Made by a program: the position numbers and the translations under genes | From: Candidatus Latescibacterota bacterium | GTDB lineage: Bacteria > Latescibacterota > UBA2968 > UBA8231 | Length of the DNA stretch: 64,000 bases | Direction: 5' to 3' | Assembly: GCA_963422735.1 (NCBI GenBank) | Contig: OY730476.1 | Location: forward strand, 2,624,001-2,688,000 | In this document: in pieces, positions 30,089 to 41,139 of the stretch | How positions within the stretch are numbered: position 1 is the stretch's first letter | Layout of the letters: every line of letters begins with the position of its first letter | Notes under the pieces: generated by a model | Database searches by the model: none | What the model was told of the DNA's origin: nothing | The model's input: the letters and a program-made list of their open reading frames with translations, nothing else

Positions 30089-31270
30089 ATGCCACTTTCA
30101 CACAATGTACAGCGCGTCCAGCCGTCGGTCACTATGCAGATTTCGGCCCAAGCCGCGGCCATGCAGCGCGCCGGTATCGACGTGATTTCCCTGTCGGCGG
30201 GCGAGCCGGATTTCGATACGCCGCAAAACGTCAAAGACGCCGGCATCCGCGCCATTGCCGAGGGTTTTACCAAGTACACCACCCCAGGGTCGGGGATCAT
30301 TGAACTCAAGGAGGCGATCTGCCGCAAATTCGAGCGCGACAACGGCTTGGTTTATACAACCGACGAAGTGATCGTCAACAACGGTGCCAAGCACTCGCTC
30401 TTTTTGGCGGTGGCAGCACTGGTCAACCCCGGCGACGAGGTCATTATCCCCACGCCCTATTGGGTGACCTATCGGGAGCAGCCGCGGCTGGTGGGTGGCG
30501 AGCCGGTGATTGTCGAGACCCAAGTTGCCAACGGCCTCAAGCTCACCGCGGATGAGTTCCGCGCCGCCATTACGCCCCGCACCCGGATGCTCTTTTTGTG
30601 CTCGCCGTCCAACCCCAGCGGCGCGGTGTACACCCGCGAGGAATTGGAGAGCTTGGCGGCGGTGGCCGTTGAGCACGGGGTCTATGTGCTCAGCGACGAG
30701 ATTTACGAGAAGCTTATCTACGACGGAGCCGAGCACCGCTCGATTGCTGCCTGCGGTCCCGAGGCCAAGGAATTCAGCATTGTGGTCAACGGGGTGTCCA
30801 AGGCCTATTCGATGACCGGCTGGCGCATCGGCTACACCGGTGCCAGCGAGGAGATCATCGCCGGAATGAACAAGGTGCAAAGCCAAGAAGTGTCGCACCC
30901 CTCGTCGATGGCGCAGAAAGCGGCTGTCGAGGCACTCGATGGCCCGCAGGAGTCGGTCGAGGAAATGCGCCAGGCCTTTGATGCGCGGCGGCGCCACATG
31001 GTCGAGCGTCTCAACGCCATAGAGGGAGTGGAATGCGCGTTGCCATCGGGGGCCTTTTACGCCTATCCCGATGTCACCGCGTATTACGGCAGCCAAGTCC
31101 GCGACTCAGTGGCGTTGTGCGAGTATTTACTCAAAGAGGCCAAGGTGGCCTGCGTGCCCGGCGCTGGGTTTGGCACCTACGAGCACATTCGACTCTCCTA
31201 CGCCACATCGCTAGATCTAATTGAAAAAGCACTGGACCGAGTTGAGGTGGCGTTGAGTGCGCTGGCATGA
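30089..31270 (+). CDS. PLP-dependent class I/II aminotransferase (aspartate aminotransferase-like)
   Basis: GEPDFDTP, SPSNPSG, SDEIYE and SKAYSMTGWRIG motifs. Confidence 0.92.
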   Translation: MPLSHNVQRVQPSVTMQISAQAAAMQRAGIDVISLSAGEPDFDTPQNVKDAGIRAIAEGFTKYTTPGSGIIELKEAICRKFERDNGLVYTTDEVIVNNGAKHSLFLAVAALVNPGDEVIIPTPYWVTYREQPRLVGGEPVIVETQVANGLKLTADEFRAAITPRTRMLFLCSPSNPSGAVYTREELESLAAVAVEHGVYVLSDEIYEKLIYDGAEHRSIAACGPEAKEFSIVVNGVSKAYSMTGWRIGYTGASEEIIAGMNKVQSQEVSHPSSMAQKAAVEALDGPQESVEEMRQAFDARRRHMVERLNAIEGVECALPSGAFYAYPDVTAYYGSQVRDSVALCEYLLKEAKVACVPGAGFGTYEHIRLSYATSLDLIEKALDRVEVALSALA

Positions 31271-31309
31271 ATTGGGAATTCGCAATTGCAACTTAGGAGG
31301 TCTTGTCCC

Positions 31310-32272
31310 GTGAACAACAATGGATTTTACCTCGATTTTGAACGCGATCTCGTCGAGTTACAAAAGAAAATCGACGGTCTAAAAAGCCAAGCCGAAGCCA
31401 ATGGCTTGAATTTGGATGAGGGCGTTCGGAAGCTCGAGGCGCAGGCCGCGAAGAAGCGCCGAGAGATCTACGCCAATCTCAGCCCTTGGCAGCGGGTGCA
31501 AATCGCGCGGCACCCAAACCGCCCGTACGCGCTCGATTACGTCGAGCGGATGCTCTCCGACTTCACCGAGCTACACGGCGACCGCCTCTTTGCCGACGAC
31601 GCCTCCATCATCGGCGGCCCGGCGCGGCTGGACGACGAGTCGATCATGGTCATCGGCATCCAGAGTGGACGCAACCTCGAAGAGCGGCAAAAGCGCAACT
31701 TCGGCATGCCGCATCCAGAAGGGTATCGCAAGGCGCGACGCCTTATGCAAATGGCGGCCAAGTTCAAATTGCCGATCTTGACCTTGGTCGATACCTCGGG
31801 TGCCTATCCTGGGATCGAGGCCGAGGAGCGGGGCCAAGCCGAGGCCATCGCCCGCAACCTCTACGAAATGTCGCATCTGCCAGTGCCTATCGTCGTGGCC
31901 ATCATCGGCCAGGCCTTTAGCGGCGGTGCCATTGGCATTACGGTCGGCGACCGGATCCTGATGCTGGAGCACGCCTGTTATTCGGTGATTGTGCCGGAGA
32001 GCTGCTCGACGATCTTGTTCAAGGTGCGCGAGCGCAAAGAGGAAGCGGCCGAAGCCCTCAAGCTCACGGCTAAAGACCTGAAGCAGCAGGGGATCATCGA
32101 CCGCATCGTGCCCGAGCCGTTGGGCGGTGCGCACCACAATTGGGAGGATGCGGCCAAGGTCCTCAAACGCTATGTGCAAGATGCCCTAGCCGAACTCCAG
32201 CGACTCAATCCAGAGGCGCTAGTGGCCCAGCGGCTAGACAAGTTCGCGGCGATGGCGCGCTTTGAGGAATAG
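31310..32272 (+). CDS. accA: Acetyl-CoA carboxylase carboxyltransferase alpha subunit
   Basis: YLDFE, ARHPNRP, ELHGDR, NFGMPHPEGYRKA and AEERGQAEAIARNL motifs; GTG start after AGGAGG. Confidence 0.96.
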   Translation: MNNNGFYLDFERDLVELQKKIDGLKSQAEANGLNLDEGVRKLEAQAAKKRREIYANLSPWQRVQIARHPNRPYALDYVERMLSDFTELHGDRLFADDASIIGGPARLDDESIMVIGIQSGRNLEERQKRNFGMPHPEGYRKARRLMQMAAKFKLPILTLVDTSGAYPGIEAEERGQAEAIARNLYEMSHLPVPIVVAIIGQAFSGGAIGITVGDRILMLEHACYSVIVPESCSTILFKVRERKEEAAEALKLTAKDLKQQGIIDRIVPEPLGGAHHNWEDAAKVLKRYVQDALAELQRLNPEALVAQRLDKFAAMARFEE

Positions 32273-32335
32273 GGGGGTGCCCTGAGAGGCTGCGACTGAG
32301 CTGCGCTCAGCATGGCACCGGCAAGCGGAACGCCC

Positions 32336-33475
32336 TCAATTGACAGCGCCGGCGCGCACTTCTTTTCGCCACCTCTCAAGCGGGTGTTCGCGTGGCGTTA
32401 GCGGCATGTACACCCGCGCCCTGCGCCGATGAGATTCCCACGTCGCCTGAATCATTTCAAGACAATCCCGACCGTCCCTGCCGCTGGCAAACGGATCCCG
32501 GTCTTCCTCAATGGCTGCGATGAGGTCGCGCAGCATGAGGCGTTGCAAGAACAACCGTATGGATCCCCTATCGCGTGGATTGCCTCGCTCGTCGAGGTCT
32601 TCGGCTGGCAGATGCACCGGTTCCCACGCCTCTGCCGGCGTCTTGTGTTGTCCCTTGTGGATGAACATCGTCGTGCCAACGCTCTCCCGCACGGCGATGC
32701 GCCCTTCGGTGCCGATAATGTCAATGCCGTAGCCGTTGTCGTTGGTCTGCGGCTGGGCGAGGAACTGCACATCCGCATGGATGCCGTTGGCAAAGCGAAA
32801 CGAGGCGTGTCCACGCTCGCCGAGCACAATCCCCGCATCCCGGTCGTGCGGGTGCACCTCTTGGGTATGTTTGATGTCGTCAACGGTTGACTCGCGTCCA
32901 TCCATCTGCACGAGGTGCGCGTGCGTCCACTCAATATCGCCGCCGAAGAGACGCACCCAATCGCAGAGATGGGTCCCCATCTCCATCAGCGAGTTGCCTA
33001 CCTTCCGGCCCCCTTTGTCCGTTGCCTGCAGCAGCACCACTTGGCCGATTGCGCCTTGGCCAATCAGCGAGAGAGCATGGCGATTGTACGGGCTAGCGCG
33101 TTTGATATGGTTAATGGCAAACTTGACGCGGTGCTGGTCGCAGGTTGCAACCATCTCGTCGGCTTCGATGAGATTCAGGGCAATCGGCTTTTCACAAAAG
33201 ACGTGGATGCCTCGCTTGGCCGCCGCAATCGTTGGCCGGTGGTGCATCGGAGCTTGCGTTGGGACGATAACAATGTCGGGTTGTCGTTCATTGAGCATCT
33301 TCTCGTAGTCGTCATAGATGGCTTTGACGCCAAAGCGCGCGCTCCATGCTGCCGCCCTCTGCGGGTCGATTTCTGCCCCGGCGACCAGTTCGCAGTTTGC
33401 CTCTAACTGCACGGCCTCGGCATGGTGCCTGCCCATGCCGCCGAGGCCAATAATCGCAATGCGGTAGTTTTTCAT
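32336..33475 (-). CDS. Gfo/Idh/MocA-family oxidoreductase
   Basis: IAIIGLGGMG, HVFCEKPIA and MGTH.D motifs; ATG after GGAGG. Confidence 0.9.
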   Translation of the reverse strand: MKNYRIAIIGLGGMGRHHAEAVQLEANCELVAGAEIDPQRAAAWSARFGVKAIYDDYEKMLNERQPDIVIVPTQAPMHHRPTIAAAKRGIHVFCEKPIALNLIEADEMVATCDQHRVKFAINHIKRASPYNRHALSLIGQGAIGQVVLLQATDKGGRKVGNSLMEMGTHLCDWVRLFGGDIEWTHAHLVQMDGRESTVDDIKHTQEVHPHDRDAGIVLGERGHASFRFANGIHADVQFLAQPQTNDNGYGIDIIGTEGRIAVRESVGTTMFIHKGQHKTPAEAWEPVHLPAEDLDERGNPRDRGSIRLFLQRLMLRDLIAAIEEDRDPFASGRDGRDCLEMIQATWESHRRRARVYMPLTPREHPLERWRKEVRAGAVN

Positions 33476-33675
33476 AGATGCCTCCCAAGTTGACCAAAAA
33501 GAAGCGTACTTGCCGCTCCCTTGCACCAATGTGGAGATAATAGATCAGCAATGGATCGGTGCTGGTCCGGTATGACGAGGAAGAATCCAGGGGCTGCGTT
33601 GGGATTGGCCAAAACCGTTTGCGCCTACGAGGGCCAATTTCCACGGCCTCATAGGCGCAAACGTTCTGTTTTGGA

Positions 33676-34506
33676 TCAGGTGCGCCGCAAGCGGTCGAAG
33701 AGCCGCTCTAAGCGGTCGAAGGCGAGGCGGATCATGTCTTCGTCCCAGTCGCCGTCAATTTTGATCTGGACCATGGACTGGAGAGTCTCTAGATAGGCTC
33801 GCTGCGTCTCGGTCAGGGGGCGTTCTTGTCCCTCCTGTCGCACTTGGCGTTCGGAGCTAACGCGCTTGGCGCGCCCGTCGCGCCCGGAACGCTCCTTGGG
33901 GGCAGGCTCAGGTTCTCGGACGCTGCGAGCCTCTTGGGGCGCGGGTTCGGGGGATGCGGGGCGTTCATCTTTGAGGGCGGGTTCAGCAGTCGCCGCTTCC
34001 TTTTGCGGCTCGGAGGGGTCGCCAAAGTTGGCTTCGGCAATGAGGTGTTTGAAAAACATCTTCATCTTATTGGCCGAATCGCGCCCCATGCCAGTGCGGG
34101 TGCGGAAGTAATCGACAATCGCGTCGTCGCTCATGTCGCCGTTGCTCTGCTCCCACTCTAACAGCAGCTCTTTGTAGAGGTCGCGGACCACTTCGGCGAT
34201 CGCGAATTTACGCGTCTCCTTTGAGACTATCCGCAAGAGCAAGTCCGTGGGCTTTTGGTTGCGGTCGGTCAGATTCATGGATTCGATGCCGCGCAAAAAG
34301 CGGTGAATCATCGACGGGGTGCGAATAATAGGCCGCACGTAGTCACGGTCGACTTGGTCGGGGATCTTGCTCTCCAGCCGCGAGAGAAACCGCTCGAACT
34401 GAACCTTGGTGATGTAGGGAAACCAAGCCCGGTCCTGCCGGCCGCCGTTTTCCTCCCGTCCTTCTTCCACTGCCGTCTCAGCGGCGTCTTGGCGTCCTTC
34501 TTCCAT
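33676..34506 (-). CDS. Hypothetical protein, DUF5343-like
   Basis: FPY..F..FL..L..P..VDRDY..L.D..KPT..A.VVRDLY..FF.HL pattern recalled for DUF5343; charged linker. Confidence 0.5.
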   Translation of the reverse strand: MEEGRQDAAETAVEEGREENGGRQDRAWFPYITKVQFERFLSRLESKIPDQVDRDYVRPIIRTPSMIHRFLRGIESMNLTDRNQKPTDLLLRIVSKETRKFAIAEVVRDLYKELLLEWEQSNGDMSDDAIVDYFRTRTGMGRDSANKMKMFFKHLIAEANFGDPSEPQKEAATAEPALKDERPASPEPAPQEARSVREPEPAPKERSGRDGRAKRVSSERQVRQEGQERPLTETQRAYLETLQSMVQIKIDGDWDEDMIRLAFDRLERLFDRLRRT

Positions 34507-34544
34507 TGTAATCTCCATTCGATAGATTGATATGCCTCTGGGCG

Positions 34545-34904
34545 TTAGGGCTGCGGGGCAAATTCGGCCGTCAAAACGGCGGAGATGCCACCGCGTACAT
34601 TGAATTCTCCCACCACAGTCATGCGCCGCGGCGCGCAGGCAGCCACCAAATCGTCGAGAATGGTGTTGGTGACCGCTTCGTAGTAAGCACCTTCTTGGCG
34701 AAAGGACCACAGATAGAGCTTGAGCGATTTGAGCTCAATGCACTGCTGGTCGGGCACGTAGCGGATGTGGATGGTGCCGAAATCAGGTTGCCCGGTTACG
34801 GGACATATCGAAGTGAACTCCGGACACGCTAGCTCGATTGTGTAGTCGCGGTCCGGATGAGGATTGGCAAAAACCACTAGGTTTTTGCTCGGCTCGGTAG
34901 CCAT
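34545..34904 (-). CDS. queF: NADPH-dependent preQ0 reductase
   Basis: [24 protein letters not shown] and FNVRGGI motifs. Confidence 0.93.
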   Translation of the reverse strand: MATEPSKNLVVFANPHPDRDYTIELACPEFTSICPVTGQPDFGTIHIRYVPDQQCIELKSLKLYLWSFRQEGAYYEAVTNTILDDLVAACAPRRMTVVGEFNVRGGISAVLTAEFAPQP

Positions 34905-35077
34905 AAAAATTTCGTCTCCTAACAGCCTCATGCATGTAAAGATAAGGCCAAACGGGTGCTTTGGCTATGCCGCGACAAAGCACCCAATGACGTTCGCGGT
35001 AATGCACGAGACGATCTCGTCCACGAGAATCGAGGCGGGATACGCGATGGAGCCAACGAAAAAAACCGCGGTGCCGC

Positions 35078-35560
35078 TCAAGGCGCACTCGCCTGCTCGC
35101 AGGCCAACTCGAACACCCTGTCGGTCATCCAGCACTTGAAACCCTCGTTGTCCATGAACTGCTTGAAGATCTCGGTGTCGTCCTTCACGATGTTCGTCAT
35201 GACCCGCAGCAGCACCTTGTAGTACTCGATGCGGGAGTTGGCGGCGTCCGAGTTTTGCCGCGCATTCTTGAAGGCAGCGTCCGCGGCCACCCGGGACGGG
35301 ATGGTCTTGGTGCGGTCGGTATCCTCCTAGTCGATGTCTCCGAACAGATCGTTGAACGCCCTGAGGATGCTCGAGAGCCGGTCCAGCTCTGGTTCCGGCA
35401 CGTGCCCCCCGCCGCTGGTCGGCACCGGGGGTCTCATCGGGCAGCATGATGTTCAGCATCGCCTGCTTCTCCACCCGGTAGCTATCCATGTCGATGGCGT
35501 CAGGTACTTCTCCTACGGGGCTGGCAGCTTCGAGATCGGGAAGTTCAGGAAGATTGGCCG
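35078..35560 (-). pseudogene. hsdR: C-terminal relic of type I restriction endonuclease subunit R
   Basis: Fragments across frames: IFLNFPISKLPAP / AIDMDSYRVEKQA / EPELDRLSSILRAFNDLFGDID / VAADAAFKNA..NSD..KDDTEIFKQFMDNEGF, recalled as the tail of a common HsdR family. Confidence 0.65.
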
Positions 35561-35869
35561 TTTTAGGCGAGATAGACCGCTTCGGACCAAGGCGTTGGCC
35601 TATCTCGATCCCGGCGTATGCTGCTTAGTCGCCGATGGCGCATTCATCAGCCGAGACGGGGGGCCTTTCTGCTGGAGCAACCCCTCGACTGTGTGATTGG
35701 CCTGCGAGACCCGATGGTCGCTTTCACCCCGCGCAGGCTCCGAGACCCTATCCGCTTCTATCCTAAGACGGTCCTTTAGGACGGCTGGACGCGGGCTCGG
35801 GTCTGTCCTCGCCCCGCCGAGGGCGAAGCCCGCCTGCTAAGCACCAACCCAACCAACCGCAAGCAGGGA

Positions 35870-36000
35870 CTTAGGAAGATGACAACGCCTTGGTATTTCT
35901 TGATATAAACATCGTCTCCGGTGAAACGAAACTCCTTCGACAGCCTCATTGCTTGGCTGCGGCCGTTGTTGAACAGCTTCGCTGGGACCTCCTGCGGCAT
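35870..36000 (-). pseudogene. Truncated VapB/VagC (AbrB-fold) antitoxin
   Basis: AKLFNNGRSQAMRLSKEFRF..DVYIKK..VI motif; no PIN-domain partner downstream. Confidence 0.65.
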
Positions 36001-36079
36001 GATATATACCAGAGTATATATCGGGCTATAGCTAATCAATAACCGCTCGTGCTCGTCGCCTCTGTAACGCTATGAGCCG

Positions 36080-36997
36080 TCATGGTCGTGGCAGGACGAC
36101 AAATCCTACCGAATCCACCGACGCTGAACCAAACAGCCCGATGCCCCCTTCTACCTGAAAGAACGGCCGCTCGAAATTTTCTCCGACCAGCCCTCCAAAG
36201 CCCCCCTGTTCCTGCAGGTCGGGGCTGGAGCGGGCGTACTCAAACCAGTTGTGGTCGAGCGCGTACACCTTCATCAGAGAACGCCCGGTAAAAACCACCG
36301 CGAACCACGGCCAGCGCAAGATTCCATCACTAGCGACGAAGGGCGGCGATTGGTTGGCCCGCAGTCCATCCAAGTCCTCGTCGAAAAAATCCTCTAAATC
36401 TTCGTCGAGCAACTGCGCGTTTTCTTCCAAAGCGAAGAGTGCTGCTTGGTATGCCTCCCCTGCCTTTCCCAAATGGAGCTCGATCAGACCCTCCAGATGA
36501 GTAATCTGATTCTCCGGTGCCGTGTAAACCTCGTCCCCAACCTCGGCAAAGGACTTGAGGGTCTGCACGATCTCTTGAGTATCTTCGTCAACCAGCATCG
36601 CCTCCCGCACCTGCACTCGCTCTGGCGTGGTGGTGCTCGCCCGCACCCTCTTTCCCTCGATGTCCACTTCCAGCCGGTACTCGGTCAGGGACTCCACCTG
36701 GGGTGCCTCTGGCGGTGGCAGATAGCGGCCGGGTATAGCCGGGTCGGGTGCGTACTCAAAGACTTGGTCCCCTTGGACGATACGCACTCGGGCGTCGTTT
36801 ACTACCGCTGCTTCCCGGTGGTAGGCTTGGCCGGGAGGCAGGGTGCGCCACACGAACAATTCGGGTAGAGTCTGATCGACCAGTAGCAACCCATCCACCA
36901 CCAACTCGCTGTCTTCTTCTACTGAGCCGAAGAGATCGCCTGGCTGGCGCTCGGCAGCGCAGGCCGTCAGGCACAGGACCATAAAAATGTAGCGCAC
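36080..36997 (-). CDS. DUF4249-type lipoprotein partner of a TonB receptor
   Basis: Lipobox LTAC; LVVDGLL, YRLEV and terminal VEGGIGLFGSASVDS; lies immediately downstream of the TonB receptor. Confidence 0.75.
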   Translation of the reverse strand: MRYIFMVLCLTACAAERQPGDLFGSVEEDSELVVDGLLLVDQTLPELFVWRTLPPGQAYHREAAVVNDARVRIVQGDQVFEYAPDPAIPGRYLPPPEAPQVESLTEYRLEVDIEGKRVRASTTTPERVQVREAMLVDEDTQEIVQTLKSFAEVGDEVYTAPENQITHLEGLIELHLGKAGEAYQAALFALEENAQLLDEDLEDFFDEDLDGLRANQSPPFVASDGILRWPWFAVVFTGRSLMKVYALDHNWFEYARSSPDLQEQGGFGGLVGENFERPFFQVEGGIGLFGSASVDSVGFVVLPRP

Positions 36998-37007
36998 GAC
37001 TTTCTCC

Positions 37008-39248
37008 TTAAAACGAAAAATTGAAGCCCAGCGTGGGTATGATGGGCAATTGCTTGATCACCGTCGGTCTGGTCTCGGGATTGTTGAGATTGTACTGCAC
37101 AAACCACTCGTTGCGGCGGCTGTAGAGGTTGAAAATTTGCAAGTAGAACTCGACGTCGAGGCCCCACAGCCCAAACTCGCGGCGGGCACTGGCATCAAGG
37201 CGGTGGTAGGGCAACAGGCGGGCGCTGTTGCGCCGGGCCGGCAGCACGTAGTCTTGAACCATCCCGGTGGTCGGCTCGCGCAGCGAATAGCGGGCCGAGG
37301 CTGGGGTAAAAGCCTGCCCGGTGGCGTACACGAGATTCGAGCCAAGGCGCCATTTTCCCAAGTTGTACGAAACCACGAAAGACAGGTCGTGGCGGCGGTC
37401 GTACTTGGGGGGAAAGGCGCGTCCGCCGTTCAGTTCGGGGAAGGTGCGCCGCGTCCAGCCCAGCGTATAGCCCACCCAGCCGGTGAGTGCCCCGGTGCGC
37501 CGCTGCAAAAAGACCTCGACCCCGCTGGCCCAGCCGCTGCCCCCGCTTTTTAATATGTCATCCGAGCGCGTGTCGTCGCTATCTACCGCCACCGCGGTAT
37601 CCAGCACCACCAGATTGGCCAAGTCGGTGTAATACGCCTCCACTGAAAGTTGGTAGCGCCGCGACGGGGTCCACTCGGTACCCACCACCCCTTGGTACGA
37701 GCGGCCCGGCTCGACGCTGCTGTCCAGCGGCACCCAGAAATCGCCGCCGCTAAAGGCTTCGGTGGTGATCAATTGCAGGTACTGGCGGTACATCCCCGCG
37801 GCGGTCTTGACGCGGATTTTTTCGCTGAGGGCGTGGCTCAGGGACAGCCTCGGCGTGAAGTGCAAGCGATCCCCGACGCTGAAATAGGTGCTCCGTCCCC
37901 CAAGTCGCAGCCGCGTGGTCGGCCCGGCTTGCCACTCGTCCTGCACGTAGGCCGAGGCCAGCACCGACTTCTGGTGCAAGTTGGACTGCTCCTGTTGGTT
38001 GAAGGACTCGGAATAGTCGAACTCGAATAGGGTGGTTAGGAAGCCGAGAGTGAGGGTGTGGTCGCGGTTGGCAAAGTAATCCACATCGCCCTTGAGCGAC
38101 CAATCGCGGATGCTGTTGGAAAAGCTGAAAGGCGTATCGAAGAAACTAAACAAGAGGGCGTTTTCGTACGACGAGCCGGCGGCCATGAAGTGACCAAACA
38201 GGGTCGGCGAGAACACCCGCGTCCAGCGCGCTGTCAGGGCGCGGTTGCCCCAGCGCAGATCGGCGAAAGACTCATTCTCCTCTTCTATGTCCACCCGCAG
38301 ATCGTCTTGGCCCCAGTACGTGCTCACCGCAAAGGTGTCGTCGCCCCACCGCTGGTTGACTTTGCCGTTGAAATCGTAGAAGTAATAGTTTAACGGGATG
38401 TCCACCCCGCGAGAGCGGATGGCGCTGAACACGGGTTCGAGGTACGTGCGACGGCCGGCCATCATCCACGAGCCTTGCCCTACCGGCCCTTCGGCCAGCA
38501 AGCGGCTCGCGATCAGGCTGACGCCTCCTCGGCTGCTGAAGCGCTGTCGGTTGCCCTCGCGGTTGCTCACGTCGAGTACCGCCCCAAGCGTACGGCCGTA
38601 CGCAGCCGGGTAGGCCCCTTTGTATAGCTGGACATCCTTGATGGCGTCGGCGTTGAAGGTCGAGAAGAACCCGAAGAGGTGAGAGGGATTGTACAGGGGG
38701 ATGTGGTCGAGGAGGATGGCCGTTTGGTCGGGGCCACCACCGCGCACGTACAGGCCGCTGCTAATATCCGAAGCCGACTGGATGCCCGGCAGCAGTTGTA
38801 AGCTGCGGAGCAGATCGGCCTCGCCAATGGCCGGCATTTGCTGCAACGGCTCGACTTGCAGGGCGATAAAACTGCTCTGGGTGGCCTGCTCCAGCTCTTC
38901 GCGGCGCTCGGCTTGGATTACTATCTCCTCTAAGCTCACCGACTCGACTTGCAAGGCCACATCCAAGCGCACGTTTCTACCGCTAAACGCTAGGGTGTCG
39001 CGCCAACTTTTGTAGCCCACATGCGAAATCACCACCTCGTAGGTCCCTGCTGGTACTTCTTTGACGGCGTAGTAGCCGCTGCTATTGCTCATCGCGCCCA
39101 ACTCCTGCGTTAGGACAATGGAGGCCAAAGGCAGAGATTCGCCGTTGTCGCCGTCGGTAATAAAGCCGCTCAGGGTAGCCCCCGGGGTCTGGGCCGCCAA
39201 GGGTATGGCCATCAATAGAGCCACCAGCCAATACCTAATAATTTCCAT
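37008..39248 (-). CDS. TonB-dependent receptor (copy 1) with N-terminal carboxypeptidase-regulatory-like domain
   Basis: Signal peptide; GEADLLRSLQLLPGI, YVRGG.PDQ, YNPSHLFGFFSTFN, YDRRHDL and terminal GFNFSF. Confidence 0.92.
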   Translation of the reverse strand: MEIIRYWLVALLMAIPLAAQTPGATLSGFITDGDNGESLPLASIVLTQELGAMSNSSGYYAVKEVPAGTYEVVISHVGYKSWRDTLAFSGRNVRLDVALQVESVSLEEIVIQAERREELEQATQSSFIALQVEPLQQMPAIGEADLLRSLQLLPGIQSASDISSGLYVRGGGPDQTAILLDHIPLYNPSHLFGFFSTFNADAIKDVQLYKGAYPAAYGRTLGAVLDVSNREGNRQRFSSRGGVSLIASRLLAEGPVGQGSWMMAGRRTYLEPVFSAIRSRGVDIPLNYYFYDFNGKVNQRWGDDTFAVSTYWGQDDLRVDIEEENESFADLRWGNRALTARWTRVFSPTLFGHFMAAGSSYENALLFSFFDTPFSFSNSIRDWSLKGDVDYFANRDHTLTLGFLTTLFEFDYSESFNQQEQSNLHQKSVLASAYVQDEWQAGPTTRLRLGGRSTYFSVGDRLHFTPRLSLSHALSEKIRVKTAAGMYRQYLQLITTEAFSGGDFWVPLDSSVEPGRSYQGVVGTEWTPSRRYQLSVEAYYTDLANLVVLDTAVAVDSDDTRSDDILKSGGSGWASGVEVFLQRRTGALTGWVGYTLGWTRRTFPELNGGRAFPPKYDRRHDLSFVVSYNLGKWRLGSNLVYATGQAFTPASARYSLREPTTGMVQDYVLPARRNSARLLPYHRLDASARREFGLWGLDVEFYLQIFNLYSRRNEWFVQYNLNNPETRPTVIKQLPIIPTLGFNFSF

Positions 39249-39292
39249 TTTCTTTCCTTTTATAACGCTAATGCGATACTCACCTCTTCCTT

Positions 39293-40348
39293 TTAACCCC
39301 CTAAACTCGCCCTGCCGCTACTCCTCCGTTTAAAACGATAGTGCGACACCCACCACTCCTGCCCGCCATTGTAGCCCCACAATTCGGCGCAAGCCATAAA
39401 GAACATACGCCAGCGCTGCAACCAACACCGCTTTGCAGCTGCTCCGTACTGGCGTTCCAAAATGGCGAGGGCCTCTGAGTGCTGGACGTCGAGATTGGCC
39501 AGCCAATGCTCGGCCGTGCGGGCGTAATGCCGGCCATCAATGCGCCACTGGGCCTCTAAGACTAGATCATCCTGAAAGTAGTGCAGCAGATCGTCGGAAG
39601 GCATAATGCCGCCGGTGAAAAAGTAGTGCCCCATCCAGTTTTTCTCGCCCTCGGCTGCAAAGGAGTACGCGTAGAGTCGATGGACGAAAATGTGGATGAA
39701 TAGCGAGCCAGCCGGTTTGAGCCAGTCGGCGATGCGCCGCATTAACTCTCGGTAATTGCGCATGTGCTCGAACATCTCCACCGATACCACCCGATCGTAG
39801 CGTCTCGGTGCCGAGAACCGATTCATATCCGCGGTGATCACCTCGACGTTGTCTAGCCCCAAGGCTTTGCAGCGCCCTTTGATAAAGTCGCACTGCAACG
39901 TTGAATTGGACACGGCGGCAATGCGGCTGCCGGGATAATGCTGCGCCATCCACAAGGTCAGCGAGCCCCAGCCGCAGCCCAATTCCAGCACTTCTTGACC
40001 GTCTTGCAGACCGGCGCGTTGACAGGTCAGTTCCAGCATGGCGGCTTCGGCTTGGTCCAGACTGGCCGTCTTTGCAGGGAAGTAACAGCTACTGTACTTG
40101 AGGTGGCGGCCCAAGATCAGTTGGAAAAACTCGGGTGGTAGCTCGTAGTGCTGCTCGTTGGCACTCTGCGTATGCAGGGCGATGGGTGCCCGATCCATGG
40201 AGGCGATGAAGCGGCATTTGGCCGCCTGCTCGGCTTCGCAGTCGGAGCCTCGTTCTTGCCGCAAGCGCCCGCGATTGAGGCGGCGGATGCCCCAGCGGAT
40301 GAGAACATCAGGCAACAGGCCCCGCTCGGCCCACTCGATTGCGTTCAA
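39293..40348 (-). CDS. SAM-dependent methyltransferase (Cfa/coclaurine-NMT-like)
   Basis: [33 protein letters not shown] and FFTGGIMPS motifs; probable TTG start overlapping the upstream stop. Confidence 0.88.
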   Translation of the reverse strand: MNAIEWAERGLLPDVLIRWGIRRLNRGRLRQERGSDCEAEQAAKCRFIASMDRAPIALHTQSANEQHYELPPEFFQLILGRHLKYSSCYFPAKTASLDQAEAAMLELTCQRAGLQDGQEVLELGCGWGSLTLWMAQHYPGSRIAAVSNSTLQCDFIKGRCKALGLDNVEVITADMNRFSAPRRYDRVVSVEMFEHMRNYRELMRRIADWLKPAGSLFIHIFVHRLYAYSFAAEGEKNWMGHYFFTGGIMPSDDLLHYFQDDLVLEAQWRIDGRHYARTAEHWLANLDVQHSEALAILERQYGAAAKRCWLQRWRMFFMACAELWGYNGGQEWWVSHYRFKRRSSGRASLGG

Positions 40349-41133
40349 GATCTTTCTCTGCGGGGGAACCACGGCATAAAGGGACTGGTGGTGCGCTGGT
40401 AGCGGCGGTAGTTCTCGCCTCGGCTGACCAGTGCCCGCTTTTCCGTGTAGGGAATGCCGGTCACTCGGTATAGCAGAAACAACATCAGCACCGGCCCGAT
40501 CCAAGCCAACCACCCAATCGCAGACCCGACCGCCATGAACACATAAGCCCACCAGTGGATCCATTCAAAAAAGTAGTTGGGATGGCGCGAATAGCCCCAC
40601 AGGCCGCGGTCGCAGGTGCGTCCTTGATTGGTGGCTTGGCCGCGGAAGGCGGCCAATTGGCGGTCAGCCACCCACTCGCCCGTCACGGCCATTGACCACA
40701 CCAGCAGGCCGACCACATCCCAAGCGGTCCATCCCACATCTGCTTTGGCTGCCACGGCGACAAAAGGCAAACCAAATAAAACCACAAGTAAGGCTTGCGC
40801 TTGGAATAAATAGAAAAAGCGCCGCTGGGCCTTGGTACCCCATTGGGCCCGTAGCATCCGGTAGCGGCCGTCTTCTTCCGCGGCCCTTACTAGCCGATCA
40901 ATCACCAAGTAAGCGGTAAGGCGAAAGGACCACACCACGCCCATCATACCAAGCAAAAACCGCCGCTGCTCCCAGCCGGCACCGCTGTAGGCAGCGGCCA
41001 CGGCCACCAGCCCAATGCCGGCGGCCCAGCCCACATCAACGACGCCGGCGTCGCCCCGGCGCTGCTGCAGCCAATACAACGCGGCCATGGTCGCCATGGC
41101 CACCGGCAGACTATAGGCCAATACGTTTAACAC
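40345..41133 (-). CDS. DUF1295 family membrane protein (steroid 5-alpha-reductase-like)
   Basis: [31 protein letters not shown] and [14 protein letters not shown] motifs. Confidence 0.9.
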   Translation of the reverse strand: MLNVLAYSLPVAMATMAALYWLQQRRGDAGVVDVGWAAGIGLVAVAAAYSGAGWEQRRFLLGMMGVVWSFRLTAYLVIDRLVRAAEEDGRYRMLRAQWGTKAQRRFFYLFQAQALLVVLFGLPFVAVAAKADVGWTAWDVVGLLVWSMAVTGEWVADRQLAAFRGQATNQGRTCDRGLWGYSRHPNYFFEWIHWWAYVFMAVGSAIGWLAWIGPVLMLFLLYRVTGIPYTEKRALVSRGENYRRYQRTTSPFMPWFPRRERS

Positions 41134-41139
41134 GGGGCC

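Noticed and set aside
34905-35075. preQ1 riboswitch upstream of queF
   Set aside because: Only a 10-bp hairpin (GGGTGCTTTG/CAAAGCACCC, 34954-34985) is visible; no preQ1-I stem-loop with A-rich tail was recognised.
33676-35560. queF + DUF5343 + hsdR as a 7-deazaguanine DNA-modification defence island
   Set aside because: No dpdA/tgt, queC, queD, queE or folE nearby, and hsdR is a small relic, so the adjacency is likely coincidental.
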